Positions 38,833 through 53,065 of a stretch of DNA of 64,000 bases are shown piece after piece. The position numbers and the translations under genes are program-made. The stretch comes from Eremomyces bilateralis CBS 781.70 (taxonomy: Eukaryota): the NCBI GenBank assembly GCA_010015585.1, contig ML975153.1; one strand, 5' to 3'. The first letter of the stretch is position 1, and each line of letters starts with the position of its first letter. The notes under the pieces were generated by a model that was not told the DNA's origin, searched no databases, and saw only the letters and a list, made by a program, of their open reading frames with translations.

Positions 38833-39987
38833 ATGGCTGCCCACCGCTTTATAACCCCCAATTCCCACGCTCCACGAGGCTTCGACATCCATTCAATTCT
38901 CTCTCCACCCGAATCAGGGCGCATCGAATCTTTCTCTCCAACTTCCGTCTCAGCGATCCGAACGCCCCGATCTTCATTCACATCGGACAACGCGGTGATG
39001 CCGTCGAAAGATATCAACGCCAACCGGGTGATGGGCCCGACCCTCCGGGCTCCTCTCCCCATCTCTCCTCCCATCTCCCCGGCTACAAATCTCGTCGACA
39101 ACTCCAAATCTCAGGCCGTCGAGGGCGACACGTCCAGGGACCCACTTCTCTATCCGGTTGATTTCCCAGCTACCGGCACCGTTCTCCCTGCAAGTGAGCC
39201 TTTGTTTCCAGATGGGCAACCAGACCCGTCCATGGATGCTGTGGTCGATCAGCACATGAAGTCGAATTCCTTTGCTGTAGCTGGTACCGAACCCCCCTCT
39301 CGAGCCGAGTACCTGCTGGTCGCATCATGTTGCTCCCGAATCCACCAGCTGGTGGACAAGAGTCCGGGAGGTTACATGGCTTCCACCCTCAAGGACAACG
39401 ATGTGTACCGGAAGAGGAAGTTGGAAGACACCATCGTTTCGGCTCACCGGAGACTTGCGCCCGCACCGAACAAACGACCCCGCCTCCATGCTCCCCCTTC
39501 CGCTCCCCGGACGCCGCGAGGTCCTAAGCGAACCTCCTCCATCTCGACCAAGCCTGTCTTCGGGAACGATCGTCTCTCCAACCCGGTCCCCAAGGCACCT
39601 CGCGCTCCGACCTCTCGCGATGACGTGGAGTTCGATTCCCTTCCGGACTACTGCCCGCCCCTTGCCACGCTCGGCAGCAACAGCAAGGCGTTGAAGGGCG
39701 ACTGGAAGGGCCAGGCTCTCGATCTTTCGCAGGACAAAGACCGCGAGCTTCTTCACGAAGCCGAGGTGGCCATCGCCGCCACGCTCCGTCTCTCCTGCGC
39801 GACCTACCTGTGCAGCAAGCGACGCATCTTCCAAGGCCGCCTCGAGGCTCTCACCAAAGGCAAGGAGTTCCGCAAGACCGATGCCCAGCAGGCGTGCAAG
39901 ATCGATGTGAACAAGGCGAGCAAGCTGTGGACGGCGTACGACCGGGTGGGCTGGTTCCACCCCGAGTTCTTTCGCCAGTTCCTTTAA
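38833..39987 (+). CDS. SWIRM-domain protein, Fun19/YOR338W/Laf1-like
   Basis: C-terminal LLHEAEVAIAATLRLSCATYLCSKRRIF...FRKTDAQQACKIDVNKASKLWTAYDRVGW; single exon; first ATG in CACCATGG context. Confidence 0.9.
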   Translation: MAAHRFITPNSHAPRGFDIHSILSPPESGRIESFSPTSVSAIRTPRSSFTSDNAVMPSKDINANRVMGPTLRAPLPISPPISPATNLVDNSKSQAVEGDTSRDPLLYPVDFPATGTVLPASEPLFPDGQPDPSMDAVVDQHMKSNSFAVAGTEPPSRAEYLLVASCCSRIHQLVDKSPGGYMASTLKDNDVYRKRKLEDTIVSAHRRLAPAPNKRPRLHAPPSAPRTPRGPKRTSSISTKPVFGNDRLSNPVPKAPRAPTSRDDVEFDSLPDYCPPLATLGSNSKALKGDWKGQALDLSQDKDRELLHEAEVAIAATLRLSCATYLCSKRRIFQGRLEALTKGKEFRKTDAQQACKIDVNKASKLWTAYDRVGWFHPEFFRQFL

Positions 39988-40433
39988 ATGGCCATTCAAT
40001 TATGACTCTACCACGACATGGATGACCAAGATACCTCATAGGCGCTAAATTGGAATTGCTTTGCAATCCTAGGTTGCGCATCGGGTGTCAGCCACAACTC
40101 GTGGTCTTTTCGATGGAACAGATGAATCCCTCGTTGGGTACTGATTTCCTATGTTCTGTTCTCTCTCAATATGATTTGCATGAGCACCGTGAGCCTGGAC
40201 TGTTATTTTCCCCCATCCCTTTTCATCCCCACGTGGTGTTTTCGCATTGATGGGTTTCTTCATGCCGACTAGACGTCATGGGTCTGGTGTTTTCTGGGAT
40301 TCGAATTCGAATCATGTGCGTGCCCCAATTTGACGACCTTCGGCAACTACTCGGCGTTTGGAATGGACTCAGGGACAGTCATGGTTTTCGGTTCATCACA
40401 CATACCCCTCTCAGTCAGTCGGGGGCAGCGAAG

Positions 40434-40457
40434 GATGCAGTGATGCAGTGATGCAGT
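40434..40457. repeat. (GATGCAGT)3 tandem repeat downstream of the SWIRM gene
   Basis: gatgcagtgatgcagtgatgcagt read directly. Confidence 0.85.
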
Positions 40458-41058
40458 GGTTGGGTACGGTTGGGAAGTAGAGCAATCGTTTGGCAGGCTT
40501 TGGCCTCAGATAGGCTAGTCATGAGAGTCGTCCTCGTATGGGGACTTGACATCCGATCGCTCAGATATGACCAATTGAAGATAGAATAATCCACATCATT
40601 CTCTCATCGAGTGAACGAGAGCATATAATGCTGGACTATTTCGTGCACCGAAAATCAATAATAAATAATAAAATTATGTTCAGTTGTCAGCAGAAACTTG
40701 GCCGTTAGTGGCGGGTGGCAGCGGACGGAGACAGCCAGATTCTTAGCCCCCAGCCAAGGCGTAGGTAATAATAACTAACACTGCTAGATCGGACCCCGGC
40801 GCATGCGCTCCAGCAATTCAGTATCAACCTCACATCCTCACTCCGTGTACGTGTACAGCCGTAAACTCCTTGTCACTACTCTCGTCACCCAACACATCGA
40901 TTCTTCGTCATCTACCCTACTGAACCGCTCTGTCGTTCACTGAGTAGGATATCAACCGATCATTTCCCGGCGCCTTCCACCGCGTGTTCTTGGGACCATT
41001 TTCCAGCATCGCTCGGTCGATGCTGGTGCATTAACCATTGCCAGGAACCTTCTCCGCC

Positions 41059-42616
41059 ATGTCGTCCCAGGATGCTCCCAAGCCAGACTCCATCAGGTCG
41101 GAGGAAAGGCAAATCGAGGATAGCAAGAAGAAGACCAAGAGCAAAAGACCGGCCAGTATGCCGACCCCTTCAGCATCAATCTTCGTAGTTCCACCGCTGA
41201 CGGCTTCTTTGCACCGCAGACACGGCCTTCCGACAACAGCGGTTGAAAGCATGGCAGTACGTGACGACGCTCGTGGTTGGACCATTCGGATATATCTAAT
41301 CTTGCCCTTTTAGACCGATCCTGACGCCCAAAACCGTTCTCCCGCTCTTCTTCATAGTCGGCATCATATTCGCTCCCATCGGCGGGCTTTTGTTATGGGC
41401 GAGCAGTCTGGTACGCAAAATCGGAGGACTGAGATATCATGGATTATCATGCTGACTACAACGCTCGGTTATCTAGGTGGAAGAAATATCGATCGATTAC
41501 TCCCCATGCGTCTTCGATGCGCCTGATGCCCCCGCATGGGCGGATGTCCCCTCCGACAAGGTCTCCAAATATTTCAAACCGTCCGATTACGGTGCGGGAA
41601 CCCCGCCACAATGGCAGAAATCCACCGTGGAGATCAAGTACGATGGGGTTGGTCTATCTACCCCCGTTTGCTCCCTTCAATTCGACATCACGAACGAGAT
41701 TGGGCCTCCAGTTCTCTTCTATTACCGATTGACCAACTTCTACCAAAATCACCGACGATATGTCAAGTCATTTGACGTATCCCAATTGAAAGGAGATGCG
41801 GTACCCCAAGGCTCCCTTGCCTCGGACTGCGACCCCTTGCGAGTGAACCCGAACGGCACCGCCTACTATCCATGCGGCTTGATTGCCAACTCCTTCTTCA
41901 ACGATACGTTCACCACGCCCGTCCTGACCAATGCCGCCAAATCTTCCGACCCGCGCGAGGCATACAATATGACGGCCAAGGGCATCGCCTGGGCGAGCGA
42001 AGCGGATCTGTACGGGAAGTCGGCCTACAAAAACGACGAAGTCGTCCCTCCTCCCAACTGGCACGATCGATTCCCCAATGATTACACCGATTCCAACCCG
42101 ATGCCGGACTTCCACCAAGACGAGGCGTTCCAGGTCTGGATGCGGACGGCCGGTCTTCCCAACTTCAGCAAGCTCGCGATGAGGAACGACCAGGCGCCCA
42201 TGAAGGCTGGCAGGTATCAGGTGGAGATCAACGACTGTAAAGAATGCTACCGAACCACGAAACCGACACTCCGTGGCTAATCGCTTCTAGACTTCCCGGT
42301 TACAACATATGGCGGCACCAAGTCCATCATGATATCGACCCGGACCGTCATGGGGGGGAAAAATCCATTCTTGGGCATCGCCTATGTGGTGGTGGGCGGG
42401 CTATGCATCCTCCTCGGTGCCTTGTTCACGGCGACGCATTTGATCAAACCCAGGTAAGATACCGGACACCCCGCGTTCTGGAGCAACAAGAATGACATGC
42501 TGACTCGGCGGTGTCATAGAAAACTTGGAGATCATACGTACCTCACATGGAACAGCGACCAGCAGGACACGGCGACGGCGACCGGCCGGGCTCCACGAAC
42601 GAATGAAGCGGCATGA
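41059..42616 (+). CDS. CDC50: Phospholipid flippase beta subunit, Cdc50/Lem3 family
   Basis: [99 protein letters not shown]. Confidence 0.95.
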
Positions 42617-43248
42617 TGAATCCACGGATCTAGATCGGGTCTTATTTATGTCTCAGTTTTTCCTTTAAGGTTTCCTTCTGCATGGAGGGCTTTGGCGGCT
42701 GGAGTTGCCCACGGTCGAGAAGAGTCGATAGTTCGATGTATGGGCGGGGTCCTCTTTTCTCCCGGTTTTTTGTACGAAAGTTCATGTCAAGTTTCCCCTT
42801 GGCGTCGTGGATTCCGATTGTTCTAGAATCAAATGCGTTGTTACCATGTGCTTGTTTCTCTCTTCCACCAGATTCAGATCTCCGTTCCCCAGATGTCCCC
42901 TCTTTGTTCGCGAGGATCCGATCCGATCCGAATGTGTGTCGATCCTCCATTGTGGTTAGGTCTGTCTGTTGCACAGGTTTTGGAGCAAATTGGTTGTTTA
43001 CGTTTGGCTGTCGAGCAACGGAACCACGATGCCCAAAATTCCTGTTCCAAAGACGATGAAGCATATAAGCCCGGTGATCATCCCTCTAGTCTTCAAAGGA
43101 GAGAAGCCCGGCAATTCCATTCAGTCTGTCCTTTTCACTGGATATTGTTCTTCCGCCTAGGGAGAGTCGACATATGGTTGTTTAGTTTGTATCCATTCAT
43201 CGCTTCTTAAATCTTCCTGAAACTTAGTACCCATTCCTTGTCCTCGGC

Positions 43249-44158
43249 ATGCGCAACCCTTCCTCCTTGCGCCCCTGGCCCTGCTTTTGCGCATCCCTTA
43301 CTGCAGCTTCTAGGGACAACCGGACAGTTCAACATCTTCGCTGCGGCTCAACTGTCGGTTAAGGCGCCAGGGACTACATCAGGGCCCTCAACGCTAGCAT
43401 GACAACAGTGTCGGTTCCCTTCCACACGAACGCGGGCCGTCCTCGCCAAACGCCAGTCCCCTATCGCGGTTCCCGCCGTCTTCCATACCGTCGCCACCAC
43501 CGCCAAAGCCTGCAACTTCACGCAGGCGATGGCCAACGCCCAAGTTGCACAACTGAACAAGGCCTAAAATCCCTACGGCATCTCCTTTATCCTTGTAGAC
43601 ACCACTTTCACTGTGAGCGACGTGAGAACCGTCAGCGCCGGCGTCGCGGACGATGCCATGAAGCGGGCGTTACGGCAGGGCACGTATGCGACCTTGAACA
43701 TCTACTTCTAGACCGACATAGATGGTGGGGTGCTGAGACGCTGCACGTCGCCATCCGCGCTAGACGCGCCACCGCCAGCCGACCGAAGTCTCTACTTCTT
43801 CGACGGCTGCAATATCATGGCATCCACGATGCCCGGCGGTGGCGAATTGAGCTATGCCCAAGGCATGGCCGCCGTGCATGAGACGAGTCACTGGATGGGG
43901 TTGCTTCACACATTCGAAGGGGATTCGTGTACAAGCGACGGGGACTTTATCGCGGACACGCCGCAGCAGTCGGTCAGCACTGACCAATATCCCAGGAGTC
44001 CGGCCAAAGACACGTACCCTGATCAGCCTAGATTGGATCCGATCTATAACTACATGGATTACAGCACGGACGAATGTTATGAAGGCTTCATGCCGATGCA
44101 GCATCAACGAATGATGGAGATGTGGGCCATGCATCGGGCCGGACACGTTGCCGCATAG
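43249..44158 (+). pseudogene. Degenerate secreted M43B (ulilysin/MEP1-like) metalloprotease
   Basis: One frame reads VFHTV...QLNKA*NPYGISF...MKRALRQGTYATLNIYF*TD...AVHETSHWMGLLHTFEG...DPIYNYMDYS; stops at 43565 and 43709; apparent frameshift in the signal-peptide region. Confidence 0.85.
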
Positions 44159-44412
44159 TCAGCTGTATCCTGGACGCCGAGACCGACGGCCAATATGTTT
44201 CGTGTTTTCACTTGGATAATATTTTGTATATAGACGGATTGGATACTGAATGGGCATCGTGTTCGGGAGGATTGATTGCCGCCTCGGTTAATTTGCATTG
44301 TCGATGGCCAGGTTTCCGATTATATACCACATACTCCATCCGTACCTTAGCAATAACCCAAAAAATAAACAATACTTAAACATTGTCTTAACGAAGTTCA
44401 TAGATATCATCA

Positions 44413-44528
44413 ACTGCGCAATTAACTTGCATGGTATCACGTACGGCGATTGAATTGGGAGAAGTGGACTGTACCTTTAGTTAATAATACGGAATATGGC
44501 GTCACTGCAATCCAAAGAATTGCGCAAT
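44413..44528. promoter_or_regulatory. Cluster of candidate CYS3/MetR bZIP sites upstream of ATP sulfurylase
   Basis: ACTGCGCAAT 44413, ATGGTATCAC 44431, ATGGCGTCAC 44496, palindrome ATTGCGCAAT 44519; CYS3 consensus is ATGRYRYCAT. Confidence 0.6.
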
Positions 44529-44813
44529 CGCCAAGACCGGGGTCATCAATAATCGGTCTAAGTCGGATCGGAAAATTTTGAATTACTGTTCAATTAATGG
44601 GGCATTTCGAATGAGATTGATCTACAGATTTCATCCAAGTCCAGGTAAATCAGATCCTACCGGTTGTCATCTAACTGCTGTGTCATCGCGTACTAGATCC
44701 TGTCCTCGCACAAGCGTCAATCAGACGAGACAGTGCCCGATATCCTTGAACATCATCCCTTCCAACGCGAGAAAGCTTTCTGCTAGGCATTCAATTTCAC
44801 GCACTAGTTAACA

Positions 44814-46790
<1,977 letters not shown>

Positions 46791-47013
46791 GGGGACGAAG
46801 AACTGGCGGATGATGGAAAGTGATGTGGGAAATATACTAGGTTCTATGTGACGTCGAAAGTTATGGCGAGCTGTCATTATCGCTTGTTGGCGACTTGATA
46901 TAGATATTACACATGTACGCAGCTGAATCCGACAGCGCGATTTTCATGCCTCTATTTGAATACACATTTTCGACGATCCATCGAGTGCGGCAAATATCAT
47001 CCAATCCGTTCTT

Positions 47014-49161
47014 TCAGCCCGAGTCACCGAAGCGAGGATCCACCAGTGCGCCCAATTCCTTCTTTTTGTCCATCGCCAGGTCATTTCCCGCCTTCACCTG
47101 ATCCTTGCATGCATTTAGCAACGACAAGGCCTCGGTATCGACTCGCCCTCTTAACGATCGAATTAGGCGGGGAACACATCGTCCGGTGGAGTAGAGGACT
47201 CCCATTGAACCTTCCATTTGCGCATGAAGAAGTAAAAGAGTCAGCAGAAGATATCGCGGTCCGTCCGTATTCATATCTCGAAGTTGCGCCCGCATCTGCA
47301 TGAGCATTGTTTCTCTTGCTTCGCTCAGCTCATCAGTAGTGGGGACAGAGATACGCAATTGTCCCCTGAGTTTGTCGGTGGCGCTTTGCAATTTGCGCAT
47401 GGATTGGGCCGAATCCTCTCCGTCAGCCGGGAGATTCAAGTTGAAGTCTTTGATCGCCTTGGCCGCCTTCGGGGAACGCTGAAGGCTAGAGGGACCGGCA
47501 GTCTTGATCTTAGGCCTGATAACATCCGCAAGCATGTATGAGGTCAAGATCTCGGTCAACTGTTCTCGAAGAGACTCGTTGGATGGCTCTTGCAGATGTG
47601 ATGATCGGAGCGAAGACGACCTCAGTTCCCACTCCAAAACAACCTCCTCCCACGTTTTTGCGAGCTCGATCATCAAGGATGACTCCAATGAAGAAAGTTG
47701 GGTGCTGAAAGAACCTCTCGCTCCCGTGGCAAGGCACGGTTTATAAACGGAGTTAACCATCTCAATCGGCACATCGTGTTTCGACGAGAGTGACTCAATC
47801 AAACTCGTAGAATTGAGAGTGAGCGCAGAACGGGAAGAGTGTTCCCACTGTGTTGCAGCTTGCGCCGCTGCAGCTGTTTTCGCGGCCTCGACCATGTCGT
47901 CTAACAGTTCGTCTCGGACGAGGAAATTTTCATAGAGTTTTGAACCGGACCCTCCAGAGATAGATTCCAGAGCCTGATTCGTGATTTCACCCCTGACTTT
48001 CTTCGGCATGTCTTTGAATAGGTCCTGTGGAGTGTCAGTAAAGAAGCTTACAATACTCTGCACAATGCACGGGAAGTTTCACGAACACTAAGGTCGGCAT
48101 ATCCCAATTCTTCGAACGATTTTCGGGGTGATGACCCTGCATTTGATAGCCATCGAGAAGAGACAACGGTATTTTGGGTAGCAATGAGATCTCCCGAAGC
48201 CGAGTGTTCAGCAAAGTAACTCTTCGCAGCTGGCACGCCGTCAAAGACAGCAGGGAATTGCAAGGAAAGAGAGGAAAACTCCAACCACGGGACCTGCCCA
48301 GACAGCAGATCCCCCACTTTATTGGCTAATTCGCCTTGAGGAGTGACTATAGGCGTAAATATGATGGTTTTGCCGTCACCCATGTCTTCGAGTTTGCCGT
48401 CGTTCTTTGCTGTTAGAGGACTAGCATACTCAACGAAGCTTTCTCGGTCCAAACCATATAGGTCCTCTTTATGAAACTTGATAGACCTGTGGACCGTAAG
48501 CTTCAGATAATCCAATCACAGGATGTACCTACTCGTGTTTCATGGAAGCTTGCAAAAACCTCGTCTTCAGACCTTCCGTTGTCCTCCGTGAGACCTCGTC
48601 GTGGAAGATATAGGTCTTTTCCAGACCACCTTCAGGAACCCACTGTTTGAGGATCCAAGAGCCTTCCTTCAGAAGCTTTTGAGCAAGATCTGAGACACAA
48701 GTTTCGGCGATATTGGACGAACGTGCAAAATTCCCCACGGAGACAAACCCGTCCTTGGCCCTTTTGCGTAAGGAGTCTTCGATCTGCTTCATCAGGGCCA
48801 AAGGGATCAAATCCTCACCATGGAAAGACCGAGGCCCCGTTGCATTTTGCTTGACGAATTCCACATCAACATCAATCTGTGCAGCCACCGACGCGATGCT
48901 CCGGGGTTCAAGTGCTCCTTCGCTTTCCAACGCGTCCGTTATGGCGTTCAAACGGCTCTTGGTGCTGTAATATGCATTGCCAGACGGTGACGGGACAAGA
49001 AATGCTGAATAATCTGGCTCTGAAGAAGGATCTGCCCCTAAACTCACCACTGATGTCGCTGTCCCTTGACGGGGAAGTGCTATCAGAACCTCTTTAAAGT
49101 CTTTGACGGTAAAGATGTCGGAGCCATCCTGAGCTTGACTCCCCGCAAGATGAGATAGCAT
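47014..49161 (-). CDS. Divergent UFL1 (E3 UFM1-protein ligase 1)-like protein, ~680 aa, 3 exons
   Basis: ORFs 48529-49161, 48048-48515 and 47014-48063 joined by introns ~48486-48531 and 48025-48086. Motifs SGNAYYS..IDVD, GFVSVGNF, WLEFSSLS..GVPAAKSYF and LYSTGRCVPRLIRSL parallel UFL1 as recalled from memory. Confidence 0.7.
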
Positions 49162-49692
49162 GATATAAGGGGCCCGATTGCCGTTTATAAGATTGCGAAT
49201 AGGACACTACGCACTCAGTTGGAGTTAATTGGCTTCGAAGTTCAAATGCTTGAGACTTGCTGTGGACCAGGGCAGCTGAATTTGCGGTCTTGGACCTACA
49301 AAAGCATTCGGACAGCCGAAGATGCACCTGGTCACTTTCGAAATGTATTGATCCCTTACGCTCAAGCGGTGCCTAGCGATCGATACAGTAATTGGTATGA
49401 AAGAAAGCCTGTAGGTAATGTTCGTGATAGACTTGGAGTCGGATCTTCAGCTTTGTGTAGTAGTTACGTCTTACCATAGGGACCAATGCTGCCATGGAAT
49501 TGTTGTTGCTGCTGCAATGCGCTGCAGCTGCATACCTGAGGCAACTAGGCAATAATAACTATTCTCATCCTGTCGTGAATTCCTGATGCTGTCTCAATCG
49601 ACTCAGACCCCGCAAAGTTCGTAGCAAACCTCATTGAGGACCTCAACAGGCAACAACACCCTCCGAAACGCTCAGTTTCCCTAATCACCGCT

Positions 49693-50194
49693 ATGGCAGA
49701 CGCAGATTTGGAAGAGGTCAGTGCCAGTCTCGATTTACGAACCGCTCCTCCAGGCTGACCAAGCCTAGATCCGCCGGGCAAGGCTTCAACAGCTCAGACA
49801 GGAGCAAGGTCCAGAGGGCCAGAGTTCGGGGGGTGATGATCAACAAAAGTAAGACTTTCGCGAAGCCTTACCTTTAGCAGCCGCTCATCCTGGATGCATC
49901 AGACAGCGCGAATCCGAAGCTCGATCACACATTCTCGGCCAAATCCTGACCCCGGGCGCGGCGGAACGTCTGGGACGGATTCGACTGGTCAAAGAATCAC
50001 GAGCCACCGACGTCGAGAATCGATTGATCATGCTGGCGAAAAGCGGACAGCTTCGGCAGAAGGTATCGGAGGATCAGCTCAAGGACATATTGAACGCGCT
50101 CAGCGAGCAGCAGGCAAAGGAAGGGGAGCAGAAGGTGGTAGTCTCGCGGAGGAAGGGCTGGGATGACGACGACGATGACCTCCTCGATTTCTAA
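49693..50194 (+). CDS. PDCD5/Sdd2 family double-stranded DNA-binding protein
   Basis: MADADLEE/IRRARLQQL...ILGQILTPGAAERLGRIRLVKESRATDVENRLIMLAKSGQLRQKVSEDQL...RRKGWDDDDD; 2 introns; not captured whole by the ORF track. Confidence 0.92.
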
Positions 50195-50295
50195 GTTCAC
50201 GATCCGACATTCTACACGCCTCAATGTCGATACGGCTGCATTTTCGGGTGTCGATTGGGCTGGCGTTATAGCTTGGAACAAGCCGGGGTTTGCAT

Positions 50296-51223
50296 TCAAG
50301 GGATAATTGTTTCCTCCGCTGCCTTCGCTGCCTTTCTCTTGTCTCTTTCGGCCTTTCGTATGGCCCGCAGATCGGGAGGCTGCTCTATACCAAGTCGATT
50401 TCTCAGTTCCTGGACATCAGTTTCCAGCTCCTCCTCCCAATATACGTTGATCACGTCATGCGAGTGTGTTCCATTGCGAAACGCCCAGGGCCCGTACGTC
50501 TCCCAAAATCTTCGCTTCTCGGCCGGCTTGAGCGTGAACACCGAAGCAACCGCGAGACCTGTCATCGGGAGCCGAGTGTTCGCGAATTCGAAGGCTTTGA
50601 GGGCCACCTCACCCTCTCGCATCGTTGGTAGACCCGTCACTGCGTGGTAGAAATCGTGGGACTCACGATACCTCTGCATCACATAGGCACACTCCTCGTC
50701 ATCTATATATCTAACCGCCGCTCGTGTATCCTGTTCCAGGTGTTCTCGTTCCAGCCAGGTGTAGAATGCGGCGCCGACGGTGTTGGACGGAAGCTTACTC
50801 AGGTAAGAGAGCGGAATGGTGGAAGAGGACATTCGCGGACGATCTCGCAGAATCCGGCGGCCTGTCGTGTCGGCAAGCATGATGTTGCGGAGTCGGTTAA
50901 TAAAATAAGGCTGTGCAGTGAGTTCACCGAATGCAGCTATCATATCTATTGCACGACCGTGTTAGCGTTGCTTCTCTGCGAGAGATGGCGTCGCCCGTAC
51001 CGCCGCGTCGCGGATTTAAGAATGACAACACCCCGGAGCCTAAGGTAAGTGCCGTTCGCTCGGCAAGAGTAAGGGGAACGTGAGCGTCATATTTTGGAGG
51101 AGGTCGATTAAGGACGGAGAATCTTCGACAGCTCGCGCAAACAAAGGGTCGGGTCGACTTGACGTCGGTGACGATGCTTGGTCTGATCAACCGTAACACT
51201 GAACTGGTTCTCAATCTCATCAT
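50296..51223 (-). CDS. COQ4: Ubiquinone biosynthesis protein Coq4
   Basis: [15 protein letters not shown]...GRRILRDRP...[14 protein letters not shown]...[10 protein letters not shown] (HDxxH..E motif). Confidence 0.96.
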
Positions 51224-52552
51224 TGATCCTGCTTGAACTCAAAAATGTATGAGACTACAGGACACACCGCTCCAGCGTTGGGATTGGACTGGAATAGGTG
51301 TGAAGGGTATTCCGTATGGAATTGTACATTCAAACTTCGGAGGTGGAAAGTCATCACGTGACATGGCCTGACAAGCGGGTGATATCGAAGCAACGACAGA
51401 TAGATTCCCCATTGATTCACTCTATGACCTCGACACATCTCCAACCCTCAGCAAAATGAAGCGGATGAAAACTTGCCATGGAAATACACAAATGACAAAG
51501 ACTATCCTCCATGCACTGAGGGTCTGGTAGCGATTCACGCTCAAAGTCCGAGGAGCTATGCAAGGTGCAGCTCTGCTTCCGACATGAAGACCACCATCTA
51601 CCACGACTCCAGGAGCTATCTGGAAGAAAACGAACCTCAGCCTCGCCTTGTCCGGAGATACCTAACCAGGACATCCAATTGACGGCTGCTGCTGGGATGA
51701 TCTGCAAAACTGATGATGCAAAGTTCCCGACCCTAACTATACTTCCACTCTTCCAGGGATGCCAGTGGCTGGGGCGAAAGTTCGAAACTGCACACACATG
51801 CTGTCATTGATACCGCCAGGACTAAGGACGGATGCCGGAGCAACTGTTAAATCATGATCAATACACCGCAAACAAGGGCTTGTAGTCAGTGGAATACGGT
51901 TGTAACTTGTACATCAATACATCATCGGGCGCCACAACCCCGCAATGACGCGCCCTGGAGTAGCGTATTCTAGACGCGATTCACCAACCAGAAGTCAGAC
52001 TTCACTGGAATCTGGATGTCTGGTTCCATTGGGTGACGCTATGCCCTATGGGCCTGGCTGCCAGCTCTATACTGTGTCACTCTGTGCCCCATCTCGCGCT
52101 GCCTCGTCATCCTGCAGTGCTGTCGGGGATGGTATGGCGCCACCGAGAGTAGACAGGAAGTGTATTTCGTAGAATGGAACCAATGTGGAACAAAGCTAAC
52201 AGGGACACAGGACAGTGCAACAGAGAGCAAGATCTCCAGCCACATTCTCCAATCCCCATGTCGCTTTTCCACCACTATCGGCTCTTTTTCTAGAGTCCAG
52301 ATGCTTCCATTTTCCGTACTACTGCGTGTAGTCCATGTTCCTTTACTGGACCATAATTCTGCTGGAACAGACTGTTGATCAAACAGAATTCGATGAATCC
52401 ATCACAGCACGATCCACTATTTCGTTTCGTTTTCTCCATCCCGATCCCTAAGTCGCCCTCCTACAGCGTACCGTATTTTTAACTGGACGGGATGATGTCA
52501 TCGGTTGAATTTTCCTTTCAACGCCATACATCACCGAAACAAAACATTTCAC

Positions 52553-52586
52553 TGCAAGCATCAGTGCAAGCATCAGTGCAAGCATC
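52553..52586. repeat. (TGCAAGCATCAG)x~3 tandem repeat in the COQ4-dehydrin intergenic region
   Basis: tgcaagcatcagtgcaagcatcagtgcaagcatc read directly. Confidence 0.85.
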
Positions 52587-52978
52587 GATGCATTACCATA
52601 ATCAGTACAAAGTTGTCAGGTACCCAAACGATACAATAACGGATCCCTGATGTCACTCTTCCGATTCTCCGGGCCAAACCAGGAATTACAATAGGCTAGT
52701 AACCAATCTGATTCCTTTATTCAATGTCTGTCTACACTTCTGTTAACTTCACTTCCAACTTTCTACCATTCCCCGGGACCAGACCCTCTAGTAAGGCGGC
52801 TAACCCACACAAATGACCAAATCTGCCGTCCGCAGATGGGCAACTATGGGTACCGGTACCTACAGTATGTACATACAGTACCAGCAGAACCACAGTTTAC
52901 TTCAAACTGTTCTGTGTAACAGTCGCCTCGTTGGACTTCCTTGTTGAGAACGAAAGTTTCGAAAGCGATACGTCGCCG

Positions 52979-53065
52979 TGACGTAATGCCATCCATTTCC
53001 TGCTGGAGAAGGGGCATGCACTGAGAATCAGTCCGTGAGAGGTGCCTGCCCTGTGTACATATAAA
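52979..53065 (+). promoter_or_regulatory. Stress-type promoter: CRE-like TGACGTAA, STRE AGGGG and TATAAA upstream of the dehydrin gene
   Basis: TGACGTAA 52979, AGGGG 53010, TATAAA 53060, followed by a CA-rich leader. Confidence 0.5.

Noticed and set aside
11845..39987. Apparent cluster of chromosome/chromatin genes (CENP-W, Scc4, Ebp1-like, JmjC, SWS1, SWIRM)
   Set aside because: Interspersed with unrelated housekeeping genes and belonging to different complexes; compatible with chance.
51417..52378. Short ORFs between COQ4 and the dehydrin gene
   Set aside because: No recognisable protein family or coherent exon chain.
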